A stretch of 64,000 nt of DNA from the human T2T-CHM13v2.0 reference genome, Homo sapiens: the NCBI RefSeq assembly GCF_009914755.1, contig NC_060938.1. One strand, 5' to 3'. The notes beneath the pieces are model-generated. The model was given only the letters and a program-made list of their open reading frames with translations, was not told the origin of the DNA and did no database searches. A program made the position numbers and the translations under genes. Below are positions 43,226-57,780 of this stretch, piece after piece; the first letter of the stretch is position 1; every line of letters begins with the position of its first letter.

Positions 43226-44581
43226 AAAAACCAATCAGCGCTTATCCATATTTTACTGAAGGTGTTAAGTAAGATGCTAGTAAATGACAGAATTTCAGCT
43301 GAGCCAAGTCTGACTCTTGAAAACTACATTTCCTCTTTAGTGCAGAAAATATTTATGAGAATGGGAGCGTAGAAAAAATGAAATCACAATAAAACAAATT
43401 AGTTTCTGATTTTTGGACACGGTCTCATTTTCTAAATTATCACTGTCAGTTTTTTTTCTGCTGCTTCTAGAACATGTTTATTTTGCATAATTTCTCTGGC
43501 TTCCAAAATCTGAAGAATTGCCTCTGTTTAAACTCTATTTTCTTCTTTCGTGTACTTGCTCTTGATTTGCTGACCTTCTAAATGGGGACCAGCATCTAAT
43601 GCTTAATGCAGAGTGCTGGGGACATGGGGAGGCAGGAGGAGCTGGAGGCTGCGTCATGGAAAGACCTTGGCGCCCCCTCAGGAAGGAAGGACTGGCTTGG
43701 CAGGATCCCAGGCTGTTTTCCTGGTTCAGCCCTCCCGAAGACATTGTGTTCTCTGCAGCCCTGGAGGGCCTCTTTCTCTCAATTTCTCAGTGAGGTACCT
43801 GTTTTGTAATCAGTCCTGTCAGGTGAAGCAGCCATGTTACTACTGGACAATCATGGATTATCTTTTCCCTTCCTTCCTGGATCCAGGTGTCTGAATTTAT
43901 ACCACCAAAATTCTTCCAGATTTTCTATCTAGTGGTTCATTCTCTTTTGTACTTTGTAGTGCCGTTGTTTATTCTCATGATTGATTTTTTTCTGAGCCAA
44001 TTGGAAGGAATGTCTAACACTGACTGATCAACCCACAGTGTTTAAGAGGAAAAATATATTTTAGAATCTTGAGGGAGTTTTATTTCAGTGTATGTGAATT
44101 GTATTGGCTATGTAGCGTCTTCATTTTCATTGTAAGAAGAATTTTGCTACAGTGGGACCGGCTGCTTCTCATCACAAACAGGTTGTGGCTCAGATATTTT
44201 CCCCTTTGGAGAGCATTTTCCTGGTCATATTATTATCTTGTTGTCTTTCGTTGCACTCATTGCTCTCTGAGATCATTTTGTTAATGAATTTGCTTATTAT
44301 ACTTTCCTCCTTTAGATTACAAATGGCTTGAGAGCAGGGACCCACCTCTCTTATTCACTGTCCTAACCCTGGGACAATGTCTCATATGTAGTAAACATTA
44401 AATATTTGTTAAATGAAATTTTATGTGATTGGGGGACAAGTAAAGTGTAAGTACTTTGGGAGCATCTTTCCATCTTTCTAAAAGAAAGAAATGAAAATAG
44501 TTGAGGAGTTACTGGATGAACAGTATTCCTCTGTTAAATCAATCAATGACATACCAATATGTGCTTGAAAGACTGGGCCTG

Positions 44582-44893
<312 letters not shown>

Positions 44894-45317
44894 GAAAGAC
44901 TGGGCCTGACTGCTATATTCTTTGAATATGGTAATGGATTGAAAACCTTGTGTATGGAAAATTCCCTGCTCTTACGTCATTTTAAAAGACTATGATTTTA
45001 AAACTTGTAATACGTTATAACGTTTTTCACTTATAATTTTCACGCCCAAAATGTTAAAGTCAGGGCAGAAGCAAGACATCAGCATTTAAAAGGTTGTGCC
45101 TCAGCCTTGGAGAGGAATGAGGTTGGTGGGTGGAACGTGAATCATTTTATCTTATGCAACTCTTAGTGAAGTTTTGGTATCTAGTAAGTGTTAAGAATGG
45201 TGATTAGTGGTGATGGTAAAAGTGTGGTGCATTTTTATGAGAAGAGTAGCATTTGCGTAGAATAATAGAGGTGCCTGGGATTTTTGGTAGTCCTTTTTTA
45301 TTTAATAAAGCAACTGG

Positions 45318-45659
<342 letters not shown>

Positions 45660-45846
45660 TTAGCTCCACTTTATTAGAATGTGATAAAAATGAGACCTAA
45701 GTGGAAACAATCCCTGTCCATTGTTTTCCACTCTTATCATTACTGTATCCAAAATAGTCTTTCTCAATTGCCAAACCAATAGTCATTTCTTTATTTAAAA
45801 CTCCTCCTCTGTGGTTCTCCACTGCTCTTAGATAAACTCCTGAGTC

Positions 45847-46154
45847 TTTTTTTTTTTTTTTTTTTTTTTTTTTTGAGACAGAATCTCTCTCTGTTGCCCA
45901 GGCTGGAGTACAGTGGCACGATCTCGGCTCACTTCAACCTCCGCCTCCCAGGTTCAAGCGATTCTCCTGCCTCAGCCTCTCAGTAGCTGGGATTACAGGC
46001 ACACACCACCACGCCTGGCTAATTTTTATATTTTTGGTAGAGACAGGGTTTTGCCATGTTGGCCAGGCTGGTCTCAAACTCCTGACTTCAGGTGATCCGC
46101 CCGCCTTAGCCTTCCAAAGTGCTGGGATGCAGGCATGAGTCACTGCACCCAGCC
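45847..46154 (-). mobile_element. AluS
   Basis: Long poly(T) head; TSD-like gagtcttt. Confidence 0.9.
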
Positions 46155-47474
46155 AAAGTCCAGAGTCTTTAAAATGGTATAGGATGTTCTCCATGATCTG
46201 TACCCTGTGTTCCTCTTGAGCCTTTTCTCTTACATTTCCCCAAATTACAATGAGCATCTTTCAGTTCCTCAAAAGGAGGAACACTTCGCTTTGCTAATTC
46301 TTCCTTGTGCTTCAGGTCTCATTATGGGCATTAATTACCCAGACAACTGTCCCTGATGTGCCAGTCTGGGTTTGGTCCTCCTCCTAGTGTTCCCTCAGTA
46401 TCCTGAGATCTCTTTTGCCGCTGTCTCCTCCAACCTGAAAGAACGGACGTATGAATGGATTGGCCTCTAATGGAAGCGTGTGACACTGGTCACAGGGAGT
46501 TCAGGGTGTAGTTGTTTGAATGATTGACTAAGATTCATCCGCTTGGCTCTTGTAGTAGTGACTCTGACAGACTATTACATGTTTCTATTTGAAATGCCAA
46601 GCCCTAGGTGAGCATCCAGCCACCAATGAGCATGTACTAAGTACCAGGCATTGTGCTCTATCCTGTAAAGTCAAGTGGACAGGACACACATGACCCATTC
46701 TTTCGTAGGGCTTGTAATTCCAAGGGGGAGGGAGATTGGGATAAAAAGCAAACAAAAGCAACTAGGGAATTACAGAAGTACTTACAGGCAGGTAAGCCCC
46801 TGGTTTGGGGAGGTGGGGAACATCTTCCTGGAGGAAAAACAAAGAGCTGACTTTTAAGGACCCAGCCTAGAGAGCCACAGCCTGCTTCAGTTAAATGACT
46901 GTGAACAGTCTTTGCTCAAAAGAAGAAAAGGAACTTCTGACCTGATAATGTTTCCCAGAGGGACATCGCAGATGCCCTTTTGAAAGGTAAATGTTCCTGA
47001 CCCACAGAAATGTTTCCATCTTTGGAAAGTTTGGGAGGGAACTGTTTCCATGCTTGTGAACAGATGACCTGCAAAAGAACTTTTGACTCCACAAAGGCAG
47101 AAAGTAGGAACACTATATTTGAACCATCAAATACCTTAAGTTTTGTATAGATCATAAAATAATCATAGATGTTGAAGCAGGATGATCATCTAATTCAGAA
47201 CAACAACAAAAAGCCTGATAGCTCTTAGGCCTGCAGACAGCCTGTAGGTCTATTCATTTGGCACAGATGTTTTTAACATTGAAACTGAAGGCATTTGGTG
47301 CTGTGGTGCTCCAGTTTGCCACAGACCCCTCCACTCCCTGTTATGAAACCAACTCTCTTGACTCATTACTTGCTTGGACCTGGGACATTTTAAATTTTGT
47401 GACACTATAGCTCAAGCCTTTGTTTTCTGAATGTGGGAACCAAAGTTCCAGCCAAATCATTACTGTTGCCCTAA

Positions 47475-47697
47475 CAGGGGTGTCCAATCTTTTGGCTTCC
47501 CTGGGCCACGTTGGAAGAAGAATTGTTTTGGGTCACACATAAAATACGCTAACACTAACGATAGCTGATGAGCTCAAAAAAAAAATCCTCAAAAAAATCT
47601 CATAATGTTTTAAGAAAGTTTACGAATCTGTGTTGGGCTGCATTCAAAGCTGTCCTGAGCTGCATGCAGCCTATGGGCTGTGGGTTGAACAAGCTTG
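47475..47697. mobile_element. MER30 hAT MITE
   Basis: caggggtgtccaatcttttggcttccctgggccac...ttgaacaagcttg; ccctaa flanks. Confidence 0.88.
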
Positions 47698-47994
47698 CCC
47701 TAACTCATGAGAAGTGTAATATACATACATTTAATATGTATTAATATCTATCTAATCTATATCTACAAAAATACAGATATACTTACTTAGATTTATTTAG
47801 ATATGTAATAATTTATTAATTTATAAAATGCATTAGTTTAGATATATATTTACTTAGATTTTTACTTACATAAAGATTTGTGTCCTAGTATTTCAGAGAA
47901 AGCTAGCTTACTAGTAAATATATGGGGAGTTAACTTTTACTGCAAATTAGTATTATATTAACTATCCAATTTAAAAAGAAAGCAAACTCTGCCA

Positions 47995-48172
47995 GGCTGG
48001 TATGGTGGTGTGCACCTGTAGTCCCGTGTACTGGGGAGGCTGAGGCAGGAGGATTGCTTGAGCCTAGGAGTTCAAGGCTGCAGTGAGAGCTATGATCGAG
48101 CTGCTGCTCCTCAGCCTGGGCAACAGAGTGAGACTTTGTCTCAAAAAAAGAAACAACAACAACAACAAAAAA
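47995..48172 (+). mobile_element. Alu right monomer
   Basis: Right-arm Alu with A/AAC tail. Confidence 0.82.
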
Positions 48173-50794
48173 ACCCCTCTTTTTATTTCGTTATACAACT
48201 CCCAGCAATAGGGGAACACTGTACTTTAATGGGTGTCAGGAGAACTGGGTTCAAGCTGTGACCTTAGGCAAGCGTCTGCTTATCTGGGTCCCATTTCCCC
48301 GTTATATTGTGAGGGGGCTGCACTAAACGGTCTCCAAAGACTTTTATATCTCTAAAGCCTCTGCTTCCATGTGTTAGGCAATCACATAATTTCTTCCCTT
48401 TTGGAGTAATTGGTTTGGTTTAAACTGTCAAAATGAATTATGTGTTATCAAAGTTAGTAACTCCTAAGAATTAAATTGGTCCAAATCTAAATTGCTTAGA
48501 GTTGGAGAGGATTTAGCTCCCATCTAAGTGACTTGTATAGCATCGCTAGTGATGTTGGTATTATTTTCTTGGTTTAGAATCAGCCTTAAGGCAATACATT
48601 TCAAGCCATGCAGTTGTATTTCTTGATTTATGCTAACGCACTCCTTGTTCTATGGGATGGTTGTAAGTTATGTCCCTGTTACGGCAAGTCAGAGAGAGAC
48701 TGAGAATCCCACTGTTTTGCTAGAAGCCATTCTCACTAGTTTGGCAATTACAGCATTATTGTCCCAAAGTATCTGTAGCTACCAGTCTATGTATCCACCC
48801 AGGGTGATGACAAATACTACAAATCACTGTAGGACAGACATTTTAATTAGAGGGAGGAATGAGCCCAAGGGTATTGACTATGGTAGTGTTTAAGTGCTGT
48901 GTTAAAGAATTTTATGAGACAGGAAATTTTTGTTGAGAATCATGGTCCTATCTGGAGATATTTATCAAGATTATTATGTTAGTGTGCTTCTGTAGCACCA
49001 GTAAATTAGAGCAGTATCTGTCAAAGCACATAGGACTTTTGTAGTAGAAAGCCCACTTAATAGGAAGCTTACCAGCAGTGCTTTTATTATGTACTGCCTT
49101 CCCAAAAGTTCCTTTGATTGCGTATAAGTTTTACCCTTGCACGCCTTTGACCTCACAGGGAGATAAATGCTTAAAAGTTACCAAAGATGTTTAGTTTGTG
49201 CTTGTGGTAAAAAATTAAGAAATTTGCCAGAGCATAAAACCATGGTCAACATGATCCCTGTCATAATTGCATTAATAAGTCATATAGGCCAGAGTGAGCA
49301 TATTCTATACCTCGTCCTGTATTTCCAATTTCAGACCTAGCCTCTGTTCTCCATGCACTTAGACAAAAACCGCAAAGCTGCATATTTATTCGTAAGTCAC
49401 ATCTGTCCCTTGTACTAGCATAGCTCTGTCTCTCCACCTCTCGTGTCGCAAGCCCTTAAATATGATACACTCTTTCCTTACAATGGACTTTGGTTTTTGC
49501 GTCTGTGATGTTGGAGGGCTGGGCCCCTTGAGCTCTGTGGTCCTTCCGGTGTCAGAGTTTTGTGGTTCTGGTAATGGTTCCGTTGGACAATGGAAATTCT
49601 GCTCCCTTCTGAAATATATTCAGGAGACTTCTGATACTCAGATTTGTTCTGGGCTCTGAAATTATTTTGGGAAGGGCACCCAAAAGTCATACGTGTATTA
49701 GCCTAATTCCATAAACAGAATACATTTATTTATTTGCAAGCTGTGGGCCTCTTAGATGCTTTAATATAGATTACTGTTGTTTAATTATGGTACAGAAGAG
49801 TTGAGAGCAGATTCCATCTAAATTAGTGCTTTTGAAACTGTTGTCGAGCCCTAGACCCTTTTAGAGATGATGAGAGCTATGGAGCTGTTTCTGGAAAAAT
49901 GCACATATGTGCATATTGATGATATTCTGGGAACAATGTCATCTGATTAGTAGCCCTCCTAAAGCCTTTCCTAAACCTTAAGGACACAGGACCTCAGGTT
50001 GAGAAACCTCAGTTGAAAGGGTTCAAAAATAAGGCTTTTATTAATTCCTAACATTCAGGGTGTGGTTCCAGTGTTTTCCTTTGTATTTGAGGACATTTTC
50101 ACTTCAATTAATTATAGAAAATAGTTACTTAGTAGAAAACAGGAGCTAGGAGCTATAAATTTTAGAGAAAAAGATGTTCTTAAAAATGTGTTCTCACTTA
50201 CGGCTTCTGGTGAAATATACTAGATGATGACCCATTTTAGGACCTATTTGGTTGTGTTATTTAGGTGTTTTCAAAAGCCTCTATTTTTTTAAAGAGTTTC
50301 TTTGAGGTTTGCAGTAGATGAAAACTTAAAAAAACAAAACTAGGACAGTTTGAGTGACCCTGGCTTGGTATCTTTTGTTAATATAAACTTTTCCCTTGTA
50401 AAAAGAAATAGGATTCATCTTTTTCATACGCTTTTTCTTAAAACATTCACCCTCTTTTTGAGCTGCAGTGGGCATTATGGTGTTCTGCTGTGTTAGTCTA
50501 AGACAAAATGATGAGATTGGTGAGGCCTGCCTGATCCTCTTACCCTTTGAGCCCCAGTCTCCCATGGTCTGGGTCCCCGTGACCCAGCAGATTTTTTGGT
50601 CCTCTCTGGAATTCCAGTTCACTCAGTCAGCATCTTACAGACAACCCGATGTTGGTGGAAACTGAGCTGAATGGAGACTGTCCACAGAGCAGCCCCCTAG
50701 CTAAAGGTAAAGTGAGAATCCAGCTCTCTAGACTTCAGGCCAAGATTCTTTCCCGACTCCACCTCAGTGTGTGGTGGAGGCAGCAGGGTAGCCA

Positions 50795-51240
50795 TCCAGT
50801 CAGTCATTCATAGGTGTTTATTAAGTATCTACCTTGTGCCTGAGCCTGTTCTAGGTGTTACAGGTAGGGCAGAGAACGCAAGACCCAGCATCTCGGCTCT
50901 CCAGCACTGCCGCCCTAGCACAGGGAGGTGGATAACAAGCAGGCAAACGCACGATGAAGAAAATGACAAATGCTGGGTAGGTACCAAGTAGAGAATCAAA
51001 GCAGGGTGACTTGATTCAGTGTGACAAGGTGGCTGCTTTATCTGGAGTGGTCACTGTCTGCGAAGGACAGGTAAAGCACTGTGCAGCAGACTTGCTGCAC
51101 AGAGCGGGTGACAATTCAGCTGAGGCCTGACTGACAAGAAGCACACAGCCCTGTGAAGATTAGAGAAAGAGCATTCCAAGCAGAGGCAACAAAGGCCCTA
51201 CCGTGAGAACAAGCTTGGCAGGTGGAAAAACAGTGGAGGG
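50795..51240 (+). mobile_element. L2 3' fragment
   Basis: cattcataggtgtttattaagtatctaccttgtgcc...ctgttctagg. Confidence 0.7.
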
Positions 51241-51479
51241 TGGCAGAAAGAGAGTCGGCTTGGTGTCAGAAAGCTCGGGGCATTGTCCCAGATCTGTTGC
51301 TTCCTAGGAGTGTGAACGATGAGCAAGTCCCTCCATCTCTGATGATTAGTTTTTTCTTTTGGAAAATGGTGCTAATGTTTGCTACCTTATAGGCTTGGTG
51401 TGAAGATTAGATGAACTACATTAAACATGCCCAGCACAAGATAGGCACTGGAGAAATGCTAGCTTTGGGTGCTTTTTAA

Positions 51480-51620
51480 ATTAATTAATTAATTTATTTA
51501 ATTTTTTTAGATATGGGCTCGCCATGTTACCCAGGCTGGTCTTGAACTCCTGGGCTCAGGTTATCTTGCTTCAGCCTCCCAAAATGCTGGGATTATAGGC
51601 AAGAGCCACCACTCCTAGCC
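51480..51620 (-). mobile_element. Alu monomer
   Basis: Left-arm Alu. Confidence 0.8.
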
Positions 51621-53408
51621 TGGTTGCTTTTTTTATTTTAATCTTTAACAAAATTATTTATTTATTTATTTTTTGTAATCTTGGCAGGCAAAGCTTTGGT
51701 TGCTTTTAATTTCCTGAGGAAATGAATATTTTTGACAAGGGCCTTCTGAAAAGAATCGTACTGGCTGAGGATAGACACCCACAGGGTTGCCTCTTAGAAA
51801 AGAGGGTGGTGGTATGAAAGTTTCTTAGGGGTGGGGTAGGGTATAGTCTTGTTGGCGCCCTCAAATGACATCATAGAAGCATCTAGTTATCTCTACCCCC
51901 TTCAGTAACATGTTTTCTAAAGAGAGGATGGGGAAAGGAAACAAAGACTCTGAAGTTTATTCCGTATTTTTCAGTTTCTGAAAAGTGTATTTGTTTTCTA
52001 TGGACTCATAAATATTAATGGAAAGTTTCAATAATTTAGATGGACAGGATAATTGCATTGTAGTGGTATAACTGATAGGGCCCCAACTTGTTTTTATTTG
52101 TTACAAAACTATACATTTATGGCTGAGAATTAATAAACATACTAACAGTAATCATAAAGGAAATAAAACCTCAGCCATTGTAAAAAATAAAAATAAAAAA
52201 AACCACAACCCCCCCATCTGCCAAAACTAGATATAATTGATTCTTGCTTAATTCTGAAAGCTCATTTACTTTTTGGATTATAATTTTGTGAACTAACTCT
52301 GGATAATTTTGCCTATTTTGAATAGTTTTAGATAATGCCTATTTTGGCATCTCCCTGAATATTTCTGACCATCCCTTCAACATTTATTTGGTCTGTTTAA
52401 AGAAGACACATTAACATTTGCCTAAGTCACATGAATTAGGATGCAGAATCTATAATTATGGACTAATGATACACAAATACAGGCTTTGAGGAGTATTTAT
52501 TGGACAACTACCATAATTATCAGTGCATCATAGTGTGATGGTTGGGTGTCAGCCAGATTGGGGTTCAGCTATTCATTCTGCCTCTCATTAGCAGGGATAA
52601 TTTAACCCCTGCAAGCCTGTTCTGTCATCCACAACACAGTACCTGCCTCACAGGGTTACTTCAGAACACAGTGAGGACTTATGTAAACCATCTACACAGG
52701 GCATGACATATACTACCGCAGAAAAATGATTGTTGATGTCACTTTCATTACCACCACTCTACCCTCAGCACTTCAATATGAAGTGATGGGCCCAGCCCTT
52801 TTCTGAAGTTAACTTTGAAAGCAGTAAGATATTTATTTACATAGAATTCAAGAGAAGGGATTTTTGAGTACAACTTCCTCACTGGTTTTGCTTTTAATGT
52901 AGGATTCTGGAATGTAAATCAGTAGGAGATTTCTAGTTACTGGTGGAAGAGAAGATGGCTTCCTTATCCCGGAATCACAGGGATTGGGGGTAAATTCTGT
53001 ACATAGGTCCTCTCTGGAAGTTCTTGCAAGGAATATGGGAAAATGAAGCTGGAATTATTATAGTTACAATGTTGGCTAAAGTTGGTTCATGGAAACCTTG
53101 AAATTAAGTTTGTTGGTTTGCTTATTCAATATTGGACAGCAGAGGGTCTGAGTTAGTGAGAACCAACAAACCAGAAATAAATCAAGTTGCAATATTTAGC
53201 TGCAAAGGACAGAAAGAGGCCTTTGAAAAGCTGAAGTGAGTACTTTTATTGCTGTAATTAAGGGAAATAATGGTAAACAGGCTCTTTCAATTGGCATTAA
53301 AATATATTTTCCTTGGTTAGTTTGAATATCCAATACAAGTTGGTGGATGTGAATTGTTCTGTCATGCTTTCAAGGAGGAAAACTCTAGTTTTAAAAGTAC
53401 GTCATTAG

Positions 53409-53712
53409 GGCCAGGTGTGGTGGCTCATGCCTGTAATTCCAGCACTATGGGGGGCTGAGGTGGGCAGATTGCTTGAGGTCTGGAGTTCGAGACCAACCTA
53501 GCCAGCATGGTGAAACTCTGTCTCTACTAAAAATACAAAAATTAGCTGGGCTTGGTGGTATGCACCTGTAATTCCAGCTACTTGGGAGGCTGAGGCATGA
53601 GAATTGCTTGAACCCAGGAGGCGAGGTGGAGGTTGCAGTGAGTCGAGATTGTGGACTCCAGCCTGGGTTACGAAGTGACAGTCTGTCTCAAAAAAAAAAA
53701 AAAAAAAAAAAA
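53409..53712 (+). mobile_element. AluS
   Basis: TSD-like aaaagtacgtcatt/aaaagtacatcgtt. Confidence 0.9.
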
Positions 53713-53761
53713 GTACATCGTTTGAATATGGATTTATAGATGTATTCAAGGACACCAACAA

Positions 53762-54345
53762 TTTTTTTTTTTTTTTTTTGAGACAGGGTCTCACTGTGTC
53801 CCCCAGGCTGGAATGTAGTGGTGTGAACATGACTCACTGCAGTCTCAACCTCCTGGGCTCAAGTGATCCTCCTGCCTCAGTCTTCTGAGTAACTGGGACC
53901 ATAGGCGTGCGCCACCAAGCTCAGCTAATTTTTTAATGTAGAGACAGGGTCTTGCCATGTTGCTTAGGCTGAACATTTGATTTGGCTTGCAGAAAATATG
54001 AAGTACTTTTTTTCCTATGTGGACTCAATTAAACAAAAAATTTTATTTTACAGAGATAGGATCTTACTCTGTTGCCCAGTCTGGAGTGCAGTGGTACATA
54101 CAATCTTAACTCACTGTAACCTTGACCTCCTGGGCTCAACTGATCCTCTTGCCTCAGCCACCTGAGTAGCTGGGACTACAGTCGTGCACCACCGTGGTTG
54201 GCTAATTAGAAAACCTTTTTTCTTATAGAGGTAGGGTCTCACTATGTTGCCCAGGCTGCTCTCTAATTCCTGACTTCGAGTGATGCCACCCTTCATGGCC
54301 TCCCAAAGTGCTGGGATTACAGGCATGAGCCACCATGCCCCACCT
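53762..54345 (-). mobile_element. Two AluJ elements (53762-53970 partial; 54040-54345)
   Basis: Minus-strand Alu sequences. Confidence 0.86.
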
Positions 54346-55834
54346 GGGGACTCATTTGAAGGTGATCATTTCTACTTTTATTTGTTTACTGGACACTTGT
54401 TCTGGGACCTAGATCTTTCACAGTTGATTTTAAGTGAAAGGTTTCTGAACTGTATATATACAATATTTCAGAACAGTAATTTCCTTTGCTTCATAGTACG
54501 GCACAACAGTGTTTGCACTTGATGTTTAGCGTAGCCTTGGTTTTGGTTGTTCAGAAGCCTTTGTTAGCTCTTTGGTTGTGCCAAGAATATATTGTTTTTG
54601 AGTCTCCTTGCCGGGCCTCCTCGCCTTCTTGTCATGCACATCCTGTACCTGGGTTGTGGTTGTATTGATTTGCTGGGGCGCTGCTGTTGCAAATGTCTGG
54701 AGTGAATGAGAATGTGTTTGTGGGTGTCTGCCCTCACCTTGGCCACTGATCTGCTTTCAGCCCTGAAGTACTGCCATCTGCATGAACATTAGGGACCCCC
54801 AGCCTCCCCCACCACTTAGTAAAGTACCCTGCACATGTTTGGGATTCAGGAAATGTTTGTAGAAAGGAAAAATTCCTTATCATTCCTTACCATTCTCTGT
54901 CTTGAGTCTGAGTCATGATTCAAACACTTTTGCTAAAAGGTTTTCGCTTGAAAAATTCATATTCAGGTACAGATTTACTTTTTTTTGGTGTGTGTGAGTT
55001 TAAGAGCTGCCTCAGGAGTAGTTTAGAGAGAATGAATATACCAGTATGGTTTTTATTCCCTTGATTACTTAAATAAGTATTAAAGGTGTGTGAAAAGATT
55101 AGCTGAATCCTAGGTTCCTCAAACAAAATGTTAACTTTTGTTTGGGTGGTAAGAGATGGATTTCAAAATGGGAAAAAGCGAGACTGAAACCATCATCCAG
55201 CACACACTATGTCAGGAATGTATTAATGACAGCCTGCGCTTGATAAGAACAGGACACCAACAGGGGGCATAAACAAGATCTAGGTACAACTGTGACCTTG
55301 AAGTGACCTTGAGTTTAAGTTGCCATTTAAACTCATTTTCCTTAAACTGTCCTTTTCTGGCAAAATAAGTGACTCCTGAAGTTGCCTCATTAGAACTCCA
55401 ATATGCATTTTTCTCTCTGAACTGTTTCTGATGGGTGTTGACTCCTTCTGTTGTCATTTGGTCCTATAGGACCAAACTTGTATATGTAGAATTTTATTTT
55501 AAAATAGGAAAAATCATGATTCTGAAAAATTGTGCCTGTCAAGATATTAAATGACTGTTCCCATTAATATTATTGCCATTAATATTTTGAAGTCAAATTA
55601 CATAGTGACAGCTCTCTGCCTGAATGATACTTACGTTAAAAGGAAGAAACTGTCTGAGAGAATTGGAAGAGATGATAATGAGGCCTCCCCACCACTTTCC
55701 CTTTTAAGCCCCTCACCTATCACCTACTCCTCCATCCCCTAGACTTAAGTAGGTTCCCTTACTTTTCTTCTGCTTGGGCCATTGTTTAGAAAGGTCTGAG
55801 TCTTGGGATGAGCTGGCCTCCTGTTCAGGCTTAG

Positions 55835-56271
<437 letters not shown>

Positions 56272-56273
56272 AA

Positions 56274-56601
56274 AGTTAAGGTTGCAGTGAGCTGAGATTG
56301 CACCACTGTACTGCACTCCAGCCTGGGTCTCACTCTGTCATCCAGGCCAGAGTGCAGTGGCGCAATCTCAGCTCACTGCTACCTTAACTCCTAGGCTCAA
56401 GCCATCCTCTTACCCCAGCCTCCTGAGCAGCTGGGATTACAGGCATGCGCCACCATGCCCCCAGCTAATTTTTTAATTTTTCATAGAGACAGAAAGGTCC
56501 TCTAGGTTGCCCAGGCTGGTCTCCAAGTGCGGGGCTCAAGCGATCCTCTTGACTTGGCCTCCCAAAGTGCTGGGATTATAGGAGTGAGCCACTGTGCCTG
56601 G
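56274..56601 (-). mobile_element. AluJ (56327-56601) with a fold-back inverted copy of its own segment (56274-56326)
   Basis: Arms 56274-56326 and 56342-56389 are reverse complements. Confidence 0.82.
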
Positions 56602-56988
56602 CGAAACCTTCATTTTAAAAACATACCCAAATCTTTCTGAGCACTCAGCCTTTCAGTCCTCTGTTGGCCTTGCCCACTATCCTTTTGAGGTGGGGCACAG
56701 TGTTTTCCTTTCCCTTCTCAGCCTCTTCCCTGACAAGCTGTCTGCAGATGCCCTTCCCTGCCCTGTTCATTTTTCTTCCCGGTGCCCATCCCCAGGAGAC
56801 TGCGCTGGCAAAGCCCAGGAGTGACAGTGTAGTCAGGTCAGTTCTTCTTTGTCTTGTTGGCTGCTACCTTCTTCAGATTCATTGCTCCCCTGTTTCTGTG
56901 TTTTTCCAATGCTTACTGATGTGTTTTTAAGTTTCTTTTTGTATCTTTCCTCATCCCTCAACCTAGTAAATATTGGTGTTCCCCAGGT

Positions 56989-57023
56989 GGGAGGGGGCGG
57001 GGTGGGGGGCGGGGGTGGGTGGG
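56989..57023 (+). repeat. G-rich tract, G-quadruplex motif
   Basis: GGGAGGGGGCGGGGTGGGGGGCGGGGGTGGGTGGG, seven G-runs with 1-nt loops. Confidence 0.8.
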
Positions 57024-57309
57024 AGGTGGTTTGTCTTTACCTTCTTTTCTTTGTCATGGCGCATGGTCTCGTCAACTTTTAAGTCTCAACAATATTGCCC
57101 ATATGCCAAGGACTTCCAAAGCTCTGTCTCTTGTCTTCCCCCCTGAGCCCAACTATTGCTTCTGGAACTGGGGCAGGCTTAGGACAAACCACTTTATACT
57201 CCGTCTCCTTTAATCCTCACAGTAGACTGTGAGAGAGGAGGAGTGCTGTGGCACCTGCATTTCTCACCCGAGGAAACTGTGGCTTAGACAGGCCCGATAT
57301 CAGGTCCAG

Positions 57310-57780
57310 GGTCCCATGTCTGATATGCTTGCTGGACAGACCTGCTTGGACATCCTTTAGGCATCTCCAAGTCAACATGTCCACAATTAAATATCCCATC
57401 TTTCCCCTTGACCTGCTCCTCCTCCCATTTTCCCGGTCAGAACTGGTCTTGCCGTTGTTCAGTCACCTGGCCACCATTCTAGACTTTTCTTTCTCCTTTA
57501 CCTCTTTCCCCACCTCAGTTGATTGCCAAGTCATGCCAGATTGGCTTGGTAAATACTTTCTGACTCAATTTCTTCTTTTCCCCACAATTACCACACTCGT
57601 TTGTATCATACATATGGATTATTGTGATGGCCTTGGAACTGGTTTCCATGAATCTAGTTGTATTCCCTCAAATCCATCCTCCATAAACTGCCTGGATGAG
57701 CTGTCTAAAACTCAGCCCTAACCTCCCTCCTGCCAGAAGTCGTTTAAAGGCTTCCTGTGCCCTATAAAGTTCAGGCTCCT
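57310..57780 (-). mobile_element. L2 fragment
   Basis: cttggacatcctttaggcatctccaagtcaacatgtcca. Confidence 0.7.
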
